From Mobula birostris (lineage: Eukaryota): a stretch of DNA of 64,000 nucleotides. Shown here one piece after another: positions 24,796 to 38,254 of the stretch. A model generated the notes under the pieces. That model did not search any database. It was given only the letters and a program-made list of their open reading frames with translations, and was not told the DNA's origin. The stretch spans positions 21,863,309-21,927,308 of the forward strand of contig NC_092379.1 of assembly GCF_030028105.1 (NCBI RefSeq), read 5' to 3'. How positions within the stretch are numbered: position 1 is the stretch's first letter; every line of letters starts with the position of its first letter. A program made the translations under genes and the position numbers.

Positions 24796-25400
24796 CCGGA
24801 CTCGTTGCCGGGTTCCCTGATAATGTAGGTGTCCCAAATATTGTACGGTGGGATGAAAAAGCTGCAGTTTATTTTGGGATACCTGATGCCCCTTTTCAGC
24901 CAGGTGTATGAACAAGGCAAAAGTGTCTCTTTCATTATCGACTCGGGTGGGAGAGTCAGTCAGCTGATCATCGGCATATTGTAAAATTCTACTTTCTCCT
25001 GGCAGCCCGGGGACGATTAAATCTTGTCTGACGGCGGCGGCAGATATCGAGGGGCTCCTGGTATACCCTTAAGCAACTAGGCCCAAGTATACTGTCTACC
25101 ACTGGCTGTAAGCGCAAGCAAGTACTGACTTTCCTTATGTAATGGGATGGAGAAAAACAGGTCAGAACAGAGGTCTTTAACAGAATGACATTCAGATGCG
25201 GCAGGAATCCTGAAGTGGATAACGTTAGTATCGGTACTACGGGAGAAAGAGGTACAACTACCTTGTTAATAGCCCTTAGGTCTTGTACAGAACTCCGCTC
25301 AGTATCACAACCTGGTTTCGGAATTGGTAAGATAGGAGAGAATAGCATTGGTCTTCAAACGTACTTTGCGTGGCGGGGCAGAATGTGCAAGTTCCTCGTG
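24770..25400 (-). pseudogene. Retroviral reverse transcriptase fragment
   Basis: SPILPIPKPG, VQDLRAINKVVVP, LQYADD. Confidence 0.85.
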
Positions 25401-26399
25401 ATTTTACACTCGTGGTTGATCAGGACATGAAGGGATGCGGGGTAAGACAGGAGACTGGGGCTGAGAGGAAAACTGCATCAGCCATGCTGAAATGGTGGAG
25501 CGTCTCGATGGGCCAAATGGCCTAATTCTACACCTATACCTGATGGTTTTATGATTCTTGTGTATCAGCCACAGGGAGGAAGGAACCTGCGAAAGTAACA
25601 AGGGTGCGGAATGCTCAGGAAGAGAAGGGGGAGCAAGCAATTCAAACTTTGTTGTAACGAGGAAAGGGGCAAAGATTATACATCCGACTTGCGCGGAATA
25701 AAGCTGCAAAGGAGCATTAGTATTAGACAGAGCTATACACGATGTGGCGTTTAACTCCTCTAAACTCGTAAGCATTGGTCTGGGTAGTTTAGGAGTCTCA
25801 GGGGGTTTGATGGCAATAGTGACATGAGGTGTTGAACTTGGCATTTTAAATCATTCTTTCTGTTCCTCACTTATTGACAACGCCGCCGCTATCCCTGCTG
25901 GACCGTAATAGATGCGTCAGATGAAAGAAAGATTTTCTGCTCTATTAAGTACGGAAAGGACCTTTAGATAATAATTCGGCCAAAATGTTTCAGTGCATTG
26001 GGAGGTGCAATATAAATGCATCAAAGGTTTTCATGTCAGAAGAAGATGTCATAGGCAGTTTAAGAGTGTCTGTACTGCTAGACAGAGCTGTCCTGCAAGT
26101 CTATACCAACAGAAAACTCACGCGTGTCACGGAAACAGGAAATAAATTTATATTTTCTCCCGGTGTTTATTTTGCGTACACACAGTAACCTCTCCAAAAT
26201 CACCATGCTTACGGGTTGCGTCATCAGTGGCAAATTTACACTGTCCCCTTAAGCATGTTTCCCTGGTAACGTTATCGACGTCACCATCGTTTCATACCTA
26301 ATCTCCCCCTGTTCCTTTGGGGATTTCTAAAGTACTTTGTTCTGCCTGCTAAATCGTTCCGTACACCACTTTCAATACTAGAGAGGGAGTACACAGGTT

Positions 26400-28266
26400 G
26401 GAGAACCTTGAAAGCCTTCTTTGATTCCCCGGTTTTCTGGTGGGAAGCCACCAAGGAGAACATCAAGAGGTTCTTCATCCGCAAGGGTATCCAGAAAGCA
26501 AGGCAGGAGCAGAGGGAACTGCGTAAACTCCAGACAGAGTTGCAGCAACTCCTCCTTCTGCAGTCGAAGGGGGTAGATGTCAGGGAGGAATTACGACAGG
26601 TCAAGGGCCGGCAAGCCCAGCACCTCGCCGCCGAATCCTCCAAGATCATCTTCCGATCAAGGGTCCAAACCGTTGAGCAGGACGAGACGTGCTCACGCTT
26701 CTTCTTCCAAAAGGTGCACGAGGGGGAGCTCTGTGATCCACAACCTTAAGGAGGAGGACGGCTCAGTCATGTCCTCGCAGACCGACGTACTGAGGATCTC
26801 CAAGTCCTTTTATGCCGGTCTGTACGACGAAAAGGCTGCAGACTCCACAGCCTCCCGCAACTTCCTGTCATCTATCACGCAGGTCTTAGACGACGGCAAG
26901 TGGGAGAGTCTGGATCAGCCACTGACCCTGGACGAGTTGACAGGCTCCGTCCATTCCTTTGGGTCGAATAGGACTCCCGGAGGCGACGGCCTACGGGTTG
27001 AGTTGTATTCGGCTCTGTGGAACTGGATGGGCCCTGACCTGCTGGAAGTGTACAACGCTATGCTTCTGGCCGGCAGCATGTCAGAATCCGTGAGGAAAGG
27101 CATCATCACCCTCATCTACAAGCAGAAGGGGGAAAGGGAGGACATTAGGAATTGGAGACCCATCTCTCTCCTGAATGTGGACTACAAGATCCTGTCCAAG
27201 ATCATCGCCAACAGGGTCAAGTCTGCTCTGGGACAGGTGATTCACCCGGACCAAACCTGTGCTGCACCGGACTGGAAGATCTCGGACAGCCTTGCACGTA
27301 CTGTCCTGCAGGCACTGCAGGAGAAGGAAGAGATGGACTCAGTGGGGTGGTTGCCTGAGCAAACTGTCTAGTACATCTGGCAAATTGCCTCATGGCCAGA
27401 CCTCACCAACATGCACAAAGACCTTGCCTGGCTGGCGGTCAGAGGGGCCCTCCCCGTCAGATCCCTCCTGTACGCCCGGAATGTCGTCTCCACACCCCGC
27501 TGCCCACGGGAGGACTGCAATGGGGTGGAGTCAGTGACTCAACTCTTTGCACACTGTGGGTTCGCGAAGAAGGTGTGGAGGAGAATGGAAGGGACGGTGT
27601 CAAATTCATGCCCAGCAACTGCGTAACCGAGGACTCCGTGATCTACGGGCTGTTCCCGGGGACTCACACGGAGACAAACATCCGGTGCTGTTGTCAGATC
27701 ATCAATTCGGTGAAAGACGCGCTTTGGTCTGCCCGAAACTTGGTGGTCTGCCGGCACATGGAGATGTCCGTGACTGAATGCTGCCGACTGGCTCACTCTC
27801 GCCTGCAGGAGTACGTGCTGAGGGATGCACTCAAGCTTGGTGCGGCCACCGCGAAGGCCCGGTGGGGAAGGACCACAGTTTAAGGTTCATCACCCGTGGG
27901 AGTGTGAGGGGTTGGGTGGGGAGGAGACTAACCCTCATCAGCGGTGTGGACAGATGAATCAACATGGTGCCCCAGGAGTGGGTGGAATTGTCAATTTGGA
28001 AAAGGAATTCGAGCCAACGCCTGCCTTTATTGTTGATAATTTTATTGTTAATAAGTCTTACCTCTTGACCAAGGGTTGAGAGTAAATGAACGATTTATTG
28101 TAAACATCTTTCATTTGTATATGAACAGAGAGTCAACGCATAATTTTATTGTAAATAACTTTATTTATTAAATAAGGACTCAGAGTCAACGAATGTTTTT
28201 TTCTTATATGTATATAACTTTATTTTGTAATAATTCTGAATAAAGTATTCTTGGAGGGAAAAAAAC
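26400..28266 (+). mobile_element. Tx1-type (L1 clade) LINE, 5'-truncated and internally deleted, inserted in the ERV gag
   Basis: WWEATKENIKRFF, ETCSRFFF, NWRPISLLNVDYKILSKIIANRV..IHPDQTC, C-terminal CPREDC..ES..HLF-like zinc motif, AATAAA and an A-tail at about 28240-28266. Confidence 0.88.
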
Positions 28267-29129
28267 GTCTGAATATCTCCAGGCAGGGGCTTATCAATTT
28301 CTCAAATTTGTCCCAACCAATTATGGACGGCGCGAGGTTTCTTGATGGGAGTATGAGCAGCCTGTATCATAGCCTGAACTTCGGACGGGGTCCACGGCCG
28401 GATCACCGCGGTGATGCCAATCATAATTTTTGGATATTGCGTAACAGCATTTAGTTCTGACCGCTTCTCTTTGCCCCCTCCCTCACTTTCCCTGTTCTCC
28501 TGCGCAAATTCTAGGCAGGTCCCACTTTTTCAATCCGCTCCACTGGTGCAGAATGACCCCTAAAAATGGACTAATCTTTTCAAGATAATTCTTTGGCTCG
28601 GGGCTGGTTTTCCTCCTGCTCCTCGGTTTCGATTGCTTGAGCATTATCAGGCGGGGGTCGGGCACTCGATTCTGTCGTATAACTTCTGCTGACATTAAAA
28701 TTTCGTCCAGACTGCATTCAGGCTGGCTCGGGCTGTCTTATACTATCCAGGCAGGGATATAAACCTTCAGACGCATCCTCTTTCTTTTGTTTGGAAATCG
28801 TTTGGTCAGTCTCAGTCTTTTTATTTTGGTTTCGGAGGTTGACATCGCTTAGTTAGCTCCAGCCACTTAGCCAAGCAAGTCTAGTCCACCGACAATCAAC
28901 TGAACGCGTACACAGCGCCAAACGAGACAACGCCTCCCCGAACCAGGGCGCAAAGCACAGCAACACACACAACACCCAACAGCTGAGAGTGTGAGAATAA
29001 AACATACAGATGAATTACTCACAAATAAACAAAGTAACGTGCATAAATTAAAAACGTCATCACATAATCATAATCCCACGTAGGATCTGTCTCTGTTACC
29101 AGTTTCTTGTTTAAAATATCCAATTTTCC

Positions 29130-29387
29130 TTAAATCAAAACCCCCCCATAAGGGCGCTGGCGATGTGTCCAACCATACAAGTCACTAGTAAAAGGAATCA
29201 CATACCTGCTATCTCCAGTTTCCCACCATACCGTATCAGCAGGGGAGCCTGGCGGCACCAGCGGCTCTGCCAGGTACTTCTTCACTCGTTCAGCCTTCTG
29301 GTGCTTCTTTCTCGTCCTTTTCTTTATCTTTACAGGGAACTGTCTCTCTCCGCATTCCTCATCAATTTTACTATTACTACTTCCCAT
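29130..29387 (-). pseudogene. ERV gag N-terminus (matrix, myristoylation-type MGSSNSK)
   Basis: Starts about 270 nt downstream of the PBS; CA-like RPWTPSEV lies further on at about 28400. Confidence 0.7.
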
Positions 29388-29655
29388 CCTCCTTCAATCT
29401 CCTTACCCAGTCCAGCAAAACAAAAAGTCAGGCGCAAGCCCAAGTGCGAAAGAAGTCTTATTTATATAATTATTTAAATTTACGAGATGCTGCGGTTTTC
29501 CTATATGGTCTTGCCAATCCCATCTTTCCTACCCGATCACGGGCCAGAATCAGGGGTTCTCAAAGTGGATCACGCAACGGGGTGGGGTGGGGGGCTAACT
29601 CGAAGGTATCTTTGTGACGCTCAGTTACTCTATCGTTCGATCTCGTTTTGTAGGG

Positions 29656-29674
29656 ATCCTGCTAGACTACGCCA
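29656..29674 (-). promoter_or_regulatory. Primer-binding site, tRNA-Ser type
   Basis: TGGCGTAGTCTAGCAGGAT versus the canonical Ser PBS TGGCGTAGTCGGCAGGAT, 3 nt after the LTR-terminal CA. Confidence 0.8.
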
Positions 29675-29677
29675 ATT

Positions 29678-30030
29678 TGTCAGAGAAGTTTTAAAATGAA
29701 GCTCGATACCAACATTCATGAGGCGATTTTTTTACTTTAGCATGATACCACGAAGTGTCCACGTGGAACTCCAAGTTACGAGGAATCGTAACTCGTAGCG
29801 CTTGTGTTTATATCTAGGAGCGAAACAAGTGAGCGAAACCAACCTTCCTCGCCCCCCATAGCAAGACAAAAAGTTGATTAGTGCCTCATCCATCAGCCCT
29901 TATCTTGTGCAGCTCTCTCTCTAATGAGGGGTTTCGGCCTGAATGATCATATTAGTTATGCAGACTTGGAACTTAATCGGGAAACACGGAATGTCCACAA
30001 GGTCACAAAGCTTTAGCAACATACAGTTAT
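29678..30030 (-). repeat. 5' LTR of ERV remnant B (5' boundary uncertain)
   Basis: Ends CA before the PBS; minus strand has GATATAAA at about 29810 and AGTAAA at about 29735. Confidence 0.55.
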
Positions 30031-31329
30031 TTGAACCCTATATTCGAAATTTTCTTCCACATGGGATCACAGAGGCTTTCTTCTGAAACTTGAGCAAATC
30101 CCGGCTTGAATTCAAATAGGAAACATTTATTTTAATGAGAAAGAGAAAGGAAAAAAAAAACCTTCGGAAATGTGCGATGGACATGTAAGAAGTAAAGCCA
30201 AATTGAGTGGAATCATCTGGGACAAGAACCCAGTGTCTGTCCAGATGCAGAGTGTCCACTTGAAATGTTTTCCCTTCCTTTCCTTGCACAGTTGTTGTCT
30301 AACCTGCTGAGTTCATCTTGCAGTCTGAGTTTTCCACCAGATTCTAGCGTCTGCAGTCTCCTCTGTCTTCAAGAGAATTCTCTTCCTGGTGAAATGCATA
30401 GAACATGGACTCCTCATCACCAACAAACTGCACTGTGAGAGACAAGTGAAAGACTTCATTGAAACATATTTGATCCAAGTCCGGGCACCTCATAGATATC
30501 ATCGTCTTTGGGACAAGAAGCATTGAGGTTGTTGGAAAGATAGGAGGTGACAGCAGCTGGACAGACTGTTTAATCACTGAGAATCACTGATTGAATACTG
30601 TGGAAGAAAGTCAATTTGCCTATTAAAGTGCCTGGTGGCTGCATTCACGAGCAAACCAGCAGATCTCCCTGTCTTGTCTCTCACTTATTTTGCAGTTTGT
30701 CTTCCTTACAAAATTCCATTTCCCTTTTGAATATCACAGTTGGATCAGCACCCTCTATAAGGCACAGCAGTGATTTCTAGACACATGCCTCTCACTGCAT
30801 AGATCATTCCTTCCTGATGTGACTCTGATTCTTTTGTCAACCCTACTCATTCTGCAGCCTCTACATTCACCGATATCCGGGACGCTGGAGGTCTCCTGGA
30901 CTTCTCATATTGGGATTCGATTCGATTGGGCCACTGGAAAAAGCTGAAAGCTTGCTAACACTCCACTGACCACTGGAAAAAGCCCAAAGCCCACAAATGC
31001 TACTTTTGAGCTCTCTCGCCATGGCCTGTGTGTAGACTCGTCTCTTGATTCAAGTGGGCAACGGGATAGACTTCAGTAGAGCTGGCAGCACTCATATCCC
31101 CCTTTACATTGGCAACACATTGACAAGCAGTTTCATACTCCAGGGAATGCACATCACACACAAACTCTCATGGTCCCAAAACACAATCTACACAACCAGG
31201 GAAGCTCACTTTTGCCTTTGCTTTCCGAGAAAGCTGAAGAGAGCTGGAAATCCACATCACTTCATTGTATAGATGTGTGGTAGAGAACATCTTAACAAGC
31301 TGAAACTTGGTTAATGGATGGCTGCCATT

Positions 31330-33575
31330 GGGAGCTGAACGTCCAAGGATATACAGTGTATTGGAAAGATAGGTTAGTTGGCAGAGGGGTGGTATGGCTC
31401 TGTGTATAAGAAATAATATTACTGTAAATCACTGGAACGAGATTACGTAGGATTAGAAGGTGTAGAGTCTCTATGGGTTGAGTTAAGAAATGGCAAGGGT
31501 AAAAGGACCCTTACGGCAGTTGTATACAGGCCTCCAAACAGCAGTCGGGGTGTGGATTACAAATTACAGCAGGTTATCGAAAAGGCATATCAGAAAGGCA
31601 ATGTCATGATAATCGTTGGGGATTTTAACATGAAAGTGGATTGGGAAAACCAGGCCAGTACTGGACCTCAAGAGAGAGTTTGTAGAATGTCTTAGGGATG
31701 ACTTTTAAAAACAGCTTGTTGTTGAGCCCACTAGGGAATCGGCTGTGCTGGATTGGGCGTTGGGCAATGATATGGAGGTGATAAGAGAGCTTATGGTTAA
31801 GGAACCCTTCGGGAACAGTGATCACAATATGATCGAGTTCACTTTGAAATTTGAGAGGAAGAAAAGCAAAATCTAATGTGTCGGTATTTCAGTGGAGTAA
31901 AGCAAATTACGTTGGCATGAGAGGGGAACTGGCTGAAGCTGACAAGAAAGGGACATTTGCAGGAACGACAGCAGAGCAGCAACGGCTGGAGTTTCTGCGA
32001 ACAGTGAGGGAAGTGCAAGACAGATATATTCCAAATAAGAAGAAATTTTCAAAGCGAAGAAGGACACTACCGTGGCTGACAATTGAAGTCAGAGCCAAAG
32101 TAAAAGCAAAAGAGAGGGCATACAAGGAAGCCAGGGGTAGTGGGAAGGTAGCGGAATGGGGAGCTTTTAAAAACTTGCAGAAGGAAACTAAGAAGTACAT
32201 TAGGAAGGAAAAGATGAATTATGAAAGGAAGCTGACGACTAATATCAAAGAAGACACTGAAATCTTTTTCAAGCATATAAAGTGTAAAAGAGAGTCGAGG
32301 GTAGATATAGGACCAATACAAAATGATGCTGGAGAATTTGTAACGTGAGATGCAGAGATGGCAGAGGAACTGAATGCATCTTTTGCATCAGTCTTCACAG
32401 TGGAAGACGTCTGCGGTATAACAAACATACAAGAGTGTCAGGGAAGTGAGGATTGTGCAGAGAAAATTACGACTGAGAAGGTGCTCAGGAAGCTGAATGG
32501 TCTGAGGGTGGATAAATCTCCTGGACCTGATGGAATGCACCCTGGGTTCTGAAGGAAGTAGCTGGAGAGATTGAGGAGGCGTTAACGATGATCTTTCAAG
32601 AATCAATAGATTCTGGCTTTGTACCAGATGACTGGAAAATTGCAAATGTTACTCCGCTATTTAAGAAGAGTGGGAGGCGGCAGAAAGGAAACTATAGACC
32701 TGTTAGCCTGAGTCAGTAGTTGGGAAGTTGTTGGAATCAATTGTTAGGGATGAGAATATACCGTACCTGGAGGCACATGACAGGATAGACCAAAGCCAGC
32801 ATGGTTTCCTGAAAGGAAAATCCTGCCTGATTAACTGTCTACAATTTTTTGAGGAAATTACAAGCAGGGTAAACAAAGGAGGTGTAGTAGATGTGGTGTA
32901 CTTGGATTTTCAGAAGACCTTTGTCAAGATGCCGCATACGAAGCTGCTCAGCAAGATTAGAGCCCATGGAATTACAGGGAAGTTACCAGCATGGGTGGAG
33001 CATTGGCTGATCGACAGAGAACAGACAGTGGGAATAAAGGGATCCTATTCCAAAATATATACTGACATTGAAGAGGGTTCAGAGAAGATTCACAAGAATG
33101 ATTCCAGGAAGGAGAGAGTTACCGTATGAGGATCTTTTGGCAGCTGCTGAGCTGTATTCCCTGGAGTCCAGGAAAATGATGGAGTATCTCATAGAAACAT
33201 TCCACATGTTAAAAGGACTGAAGAGATTAGATATAGATAAGTTATTTCCCATGGCAGGGGATTCTAGGACAAGAGGGCACGACTTCAGGATTGAAGGACA
33301 TCCTTTTAGAACTGAGATGCGGAGAAGTTACTTTAGTTAAAGGGTGGTAAATCTGTGGAATTTGTTGCCATGAGTGGCTCTGGAGGCCAAGTCATTGGGT
33401 ACATTTAAAGTAGAGATAGATGGGCTTTTGATTAGCCAGGGAATCAAAGGGTATGGGGAGAAAGCAGGTGAGTGAGGAGGACTGGATGAAGTGGATCAGC
33501 CCATGATTGAATGGCGGAACAGACTCGATGGGCCAAATGGCCTACTCCTGCTCCTGTATTTTATGGTCGTATACA
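31330..33575 (+). mobile_element. CR1 LINE ORF2 (frameshifted) with 3' end
   Basis: SDHNMIEF, DKSPGPDGMHP, SQHGFLKGKSCLIN, VYLDFQK, 3' tail GGCCTACTCCTGCTCC. Confidence 0.9.
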
Positions 33576-33599
33576 TCACTGCTTGGTGATGCAAAATAT

Positions 33600-34200
33600 A
33601 TTTCACGAAATCTGCCAGTGACATTAAATCTGATTCTGTTTCTGATTCTTCTGGTACAGAAACTATACTGTGGCAGACGGGAGGGCTCTACAATGGAGTA
33701 TACTACTAGCAGTCTGGTGGGTAGTCCAGACAGCCCACTACATAGGCCGACCCTCCATCAAGGACATATATACAGAAATGTTTTGGAAAAAGGTCAGTAA
33801 CATCATGAACTATCTCACCCACAATGGCTCATGGATTTTTTGTCCCACACCTATCAGGGAGGATGCTATGCAGTATCCATGCCAGGACGACCAGACTCAA
33901 AAACAATTACTTTCCCCAAGCAGTAAAGCTGATCAACACCACCACCCACTAACTCCACCACTACTTTGTTATTTCCTCTCAGTCACCTATGTACAGCCTC
34001 ACATCACTTTATGGAATACAAACAAAACCTACCAATGAATATACGTTATTTTATGTATTTATATTTATGGTCTTTTTATTATTGTTGTGTTCTCTATCTT
34101 ATTGTGGGTTTTGTGTGCATCAGATCTGGAGTAACAATTATTTCATTGTCCTTTACATCTGTGTACAGTAAATCACATGAAACAATCTGGAATCTTGAGT
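33600..34200 (+). mobile_element. Rex1/Babar-type LINE 3' fragment
   Basis: GGTCCAGACAGCCCACTACAT..CCCTCCATCAAGGACAT..CCAGACTCAAAAACA motif and AT-rich tail. Confidence 0.6.
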
Positions 34201-36032
34201 CCTGGAGCCTTTGTGATTGGAAATACCTTCACAGATGTTCTCTCCACTTCCTCCTTTCCAAACAAAATAATTCTGGCTGCTCCATTGTCTAAACAAAGTC
34301 CTTTATTCCTGGAATCATCTTAATATTCTGTCAGGGTGGCTCTTCTCTCCTCTGATACTGTTCTGAATTATGGATAATACAAACCTAGGGATAATGTAAA
34401 TATATAAAACTGATTCTTCTTTTGCCAGAATCAGTTTTCTATATGAATAGACATCATTGTTTCTTTCCCTATTACATCCTAATTATTTGGACCATAGAGG
34501 GATTACTAACAAATGAAATGATGTCATTAGTGGGTTTCCTGTACATTTTGCTGTTCTTGCTGTGGAGATGGTGTGAATACTATATACTGTGTCACAAGTA
34601 TAATTCTCACATCCCTGTTACTGTCAGTGATACAGAAATAATGTTAATACTCCAGATTGTTGTCAGTGATATGATACTTGCTCACCCAGACTGTTAGTTG
34701 GTTCAGGGTGAGGCTCACATCACTGTTGGTGTCTATGAGGTGGGTGAAATGACAATGTAGGAGCAGACATCTGTTTCCAAGTGCAGATGGTGCATGTCAT
34801 ACAGACAGTAGCATTCCCAATGTCCTGAGTGCAGTGGTCCTCCATTGTGCTGGAGATTGCAGTGTGGGAGTTGCTGTCACAGAATCTTCACTGAAGTGCT
34901 GTGGTACATTTTGTAGATAGTATACATGCATTCATGGTATATCAGTGGTGGGGGAATGAACTGAAGTGTGGGTGGATAGACCATATATATCACCAAATGT
35001 ACCAACACGTCAGGTGCCAACAATCATGTCTACACACCTGTAAAATAGCAAAAGAGGCAACGAATGGCCAAAGTACAGTCCCATCAAGAAGATGGTGGAT
35101 CATTAAAAGCGAATGAAATGAGTCGACTCCAAAAGAACCAACTTCCAGGAGGGTGGAGCCCAGCACATGAGAGTTAAAGACGAGGCATGAATGTCTGTTT
35201 GACTATTTTGGAAAGTCAAACCAATATAGGAAATTCAGGGTAAACGGCGGGGCCCTGGGTAGTGTTGAGGAACAGAGGGACCTTGGAGTTCAAACACATG
35301 GTTCACTGAGTGTGCTATCAGGGTTAGATAGGATGGTGAGGAATGGTTTTGGCATGCTGGTCTTATTTATACAAATCATTGATTCTGAATGTTGGGTGGT
35401 CATGGAGCAGTTGTACAAGGCACCGGTGAGGCTGCACTTGCAGTATTATGTTCATTTTATTCACCAAGCTGCAAGAAATATATCATTATACCGGAAAGAA
35501 TGCAGAAAAGATTTACAAGGATGCTGCCAGGACTCTAGGGACTGAGTTATAGGGAGAGGTTGGACAGGCAAAGCTTTATTCCTTGGAGTGTAGGAGAATG
35601 AGGGGAGATTTGATAAAATCACGAGGACACAGCTGTGATGAATCCACTCAGTCTTTTACTGAAGATTGGGGAATCAAGAACTAGACGGCTTAGGTTTCAG
35701 CTGAGAGTGGCTTAATAGAAATGTAAAGCAATTTTTAAACAAATGTTTGAAACTATGTGGAATATGCTACTGGAGGAAGTGATTGAGTTATGTTAATAAC
35801 AACATTTAAAAAACATTTGGACAGGTTCATGGACAGGAACATTTTGGAAGGTTATGGGCCAAACACTGAGAAATGAGGTTCACCCGGATCGGCATCTTGG
35901 TCAGCGTTTGAGACTTATGCTAAAGGCCTTTTTCCATGCTATAGGACTCCATCAATCTACACTAAGGGCAATTTACGGTAACCAATTAACCTACCAACAA
36001 AGCATGTCTTTGGGCTGTGAGAAAAAAATACT

Positions 36033-36305
36033 TTGCAGTGTGACATATTCACCTGAAGAGCTCCTGTAGCCTCAGGGCCTCCTGGTACAATGGACTCCTC
36101 CTGTGCACTGTTTCACCCGAACTTTCCAGCAATCTCTGTCTGTCTGTAACACTGACACCCAGTGGCTCGCGGTGTTATTACAGCAGCCAGTTTGACTGAA
36201 ACCTCAATGCCTGATTTCAGAGGTGTTCCTCTGACCCCCAGTGGTTTCAGGTTGTCACTGCAAGGAACCAAATGCTTTCCGTCAAGTGAACTTCAATCCA
36301 GACAC
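36033..36305 (+). repeat. Unclassified module, copy A2
   Basis: TTGCAG|TGTGACATATTCACCTGAAGAGCTCC start; closest to the 46585-46860 copy. Confidence 0.8.
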
Positions 36306-36949
36306 AAGAGACTGCAGATGCTGGAATCCAGAGAAACGCACAATCTGCTGGAGAAACACAGCGATTTCAGCAGCATTGATGGCTGGAAAGAAACTGTTGT
36401 CTCCCTGTATCAGGTCAGTTCAAATTAGCATCAGGGTTACCACAGACAGAATGTAATCATCACGGAAACAAAATAAAACCTGCTCAGGTTACATTGCAGA
36501 GAAAAAATACTCTTGAAAACACCAGACAGACAATATCCACAGTGCCTCAGTGGTGCAGGGAATGTGCCAACTCATGAGATGTCAATGATCATGTCGACAC
36601 AGCTGTAAATAGCAAAAACCGCCAAAAAAAAAGCTGAAGATGAGTCTGCTGAAGAACAGTTCAGATCAAATCCATACTGAAGCTGCTGTCCAAAAGCACG
36701 GGGTTCCTGCTGCTGAATTCATGCAATTGTTTATCATTGAGGTCTATCCATGGACACAAATGAGCCACTGTAATCCTTAATGAAAAACAGGGACCGATTC
36801 AAAAGACAGTCTGTTTCAGATTGGAAAGTGGGAGAGCAGAAACAGTGAGACAGGCAGTGTTGAGTGAAGAACAGAAATCACGGACAAATTGAATGAGATA
36901 AAATGATGTGACTGGCAGATTTTCAAACCTTGACAGCTTTATACAGGGG

Positions 36950-37230
36950 AAGCTGCAAAGAGGGAGGAGGAAGGAGAGGGAGTCAGACTGGGAATGGAGA
37001 GAAAGAGTGATGGGGAGTGAAAGAATGGACACGATGGAGAGAGAGAATGGATCAGATATAGTGAACCTGAAAGAGAGAAGACAAAGGAGAAGAGAGACTG
37101 ATGGAAAGACAGAATAAAAACAAATCAAGAAAGAGATTGACCAAGAGAAAAATGGAAATGGCATGGAAAGGGATAAGGAGAATGAGTGGGGAAGGGAATG
37201 AGGTCCGATGGGAAAAGACACCAGGAGAAA
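36950..37230. repeat. GA-rich low-complexity tract
   Basis: Purine-rich GA runs. Confidence 0.7.
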
Positions 37231-37319
37231 ACATGGATTGTATAGAGTGCCATTGTAGAGCCCTGCACTGGTGTGACATGCCAACTGGTGAATGAATCTC
37301 TTGTCCTTTCTCTGTCTGA

Positions 37320-37565
37320 ATTTGCAACGTGACATATTCATCTGAAGATCTCCTGCAGTGAATCAGGACTTCCTGGCACAGTGGAATCCTCCTGTGCACT
37401 GTTTCATCCACATTGTCCAGCAGCCGCTCTGTGCCTGACTATTACACTGAGACCCGGAGACTGTCAGTTATTATGAGCAGCCAGGTTGACTGAAATGTTA
37501 ATAACTGGAGGTGTTCCTCTGACACCCAATGGTTGCAGGTTATCACTGCAAGCTACCAAATTCTT
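37320..37565 (+). repeat. Unclassified module, copy B2
   Basis: Same core as 11725-12060, including the upstream CTG.TGAATGAA..CTCT..TCC.T.TCTGTCTG. Confidence 0.8.
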
Positions 37566-38254
37566 TTCACACAATGAGCTTCCAGAAGATCATCTGTATC
37601 TTCTGGGCAAGAAAGATCTCCAACCACGTCCTGCTCCTTCAGTGTCATCAAGTGGACATTACCACAATCACGTTGATGAATCTTTGGATATGGTTTAGCA
37701 ACGTGATGAGGCCAACTCCATCATGAAGACCTCATTGGATTTCTGAAGAGCAGAGGAAACCAAAGGCAACTTGGCACCATACCATAGAGACAGTAATGAG
37801 GACTCTGAACTACACCTGGGGCACAATAGAGCAGATGGCCAAGGACAGACAGAGATGGAAGGCCTTCATTGCTGCTCCAAATGCAAACGGCATAACGGGC
37901 AGTAAGTAAATGGAGCAGGGAACCAGAACTAAAATGGAACTGGAATGTAAATTGTTCTTAAAACAGCACAGTGGAATTTCCCAGAGTGCAGCAATGTCAA
38001 ACATACAAGGCCAATCCCATCACAGGGTTTTCGCCGAAGGAGGAGGGAAATAACCAGAAGAAAGGGCAGGCAGACACAGTGAGCCAGCCTGTGCCTGACC
38101 CGACCCTGTTCCTGCCACCATTGGTTAAAAGGCTTGACAGCCCTCCAACGGGACATGATCCTTCTCAAATTCAGCACTTCTCTCTCCTCCTCAAACCTTA
38201 CCCCCTCTGAACGCACTGACCTCCACTCTCTCTGTACCAATCTCAACCGTACCA

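Larger units (their letters stand above)
20850..30030 (-). mobile_element. ERV remnant B (gamma/epsilon-like): 5' LTR, PBS, gag, pro, pol, truncated in integrase and interrupted by CR1, SINE, Tx1 and an unclassified repeat
   Basis: gag MGSSNSK; CA-like RPWTPSEV; RT PILPIPKPG..VQDLRAINK and LQYADD; RNase H PDLILFTDGSS; integrase VNMFSKWIEAF..INSDRETHFTAQI. Confidence 0.85.
35190..37910 (+). repeat. Duplicated block 2 (old CR1 + SINE + module A2 + module B2 + RTE tail), inverted paralog of 45700-47640
   Basis: Collinear antisense similarity, for example AATGAGCCACTGTA.TCCTTAAT.AAA..AGGG..GATTCAAAAGACAGTCTG.TTCAGATTGGAAAGTGGGAGAGCAG, with an indel of about 800 bp. Confidence 0.8.

Noticed and set aside
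30370-30700. LHC..VKDF..IQV resembling a plus-strand C domain
   Set aside because: Only scattered residues match, with no Trp, second Cys or splice sites
34580-34900. DSVT.TP, MTCTI and HYFC fragments plus CACAGTA resembling a V segment
   Set aside because: The motifs fall in inconsistent frames and spacing, and the nonamer is poor
36799-37341. 180-aa hydrophobic minus-strand ORF
   Set aside because: It is a translation of the GA-rich low-complexity tract
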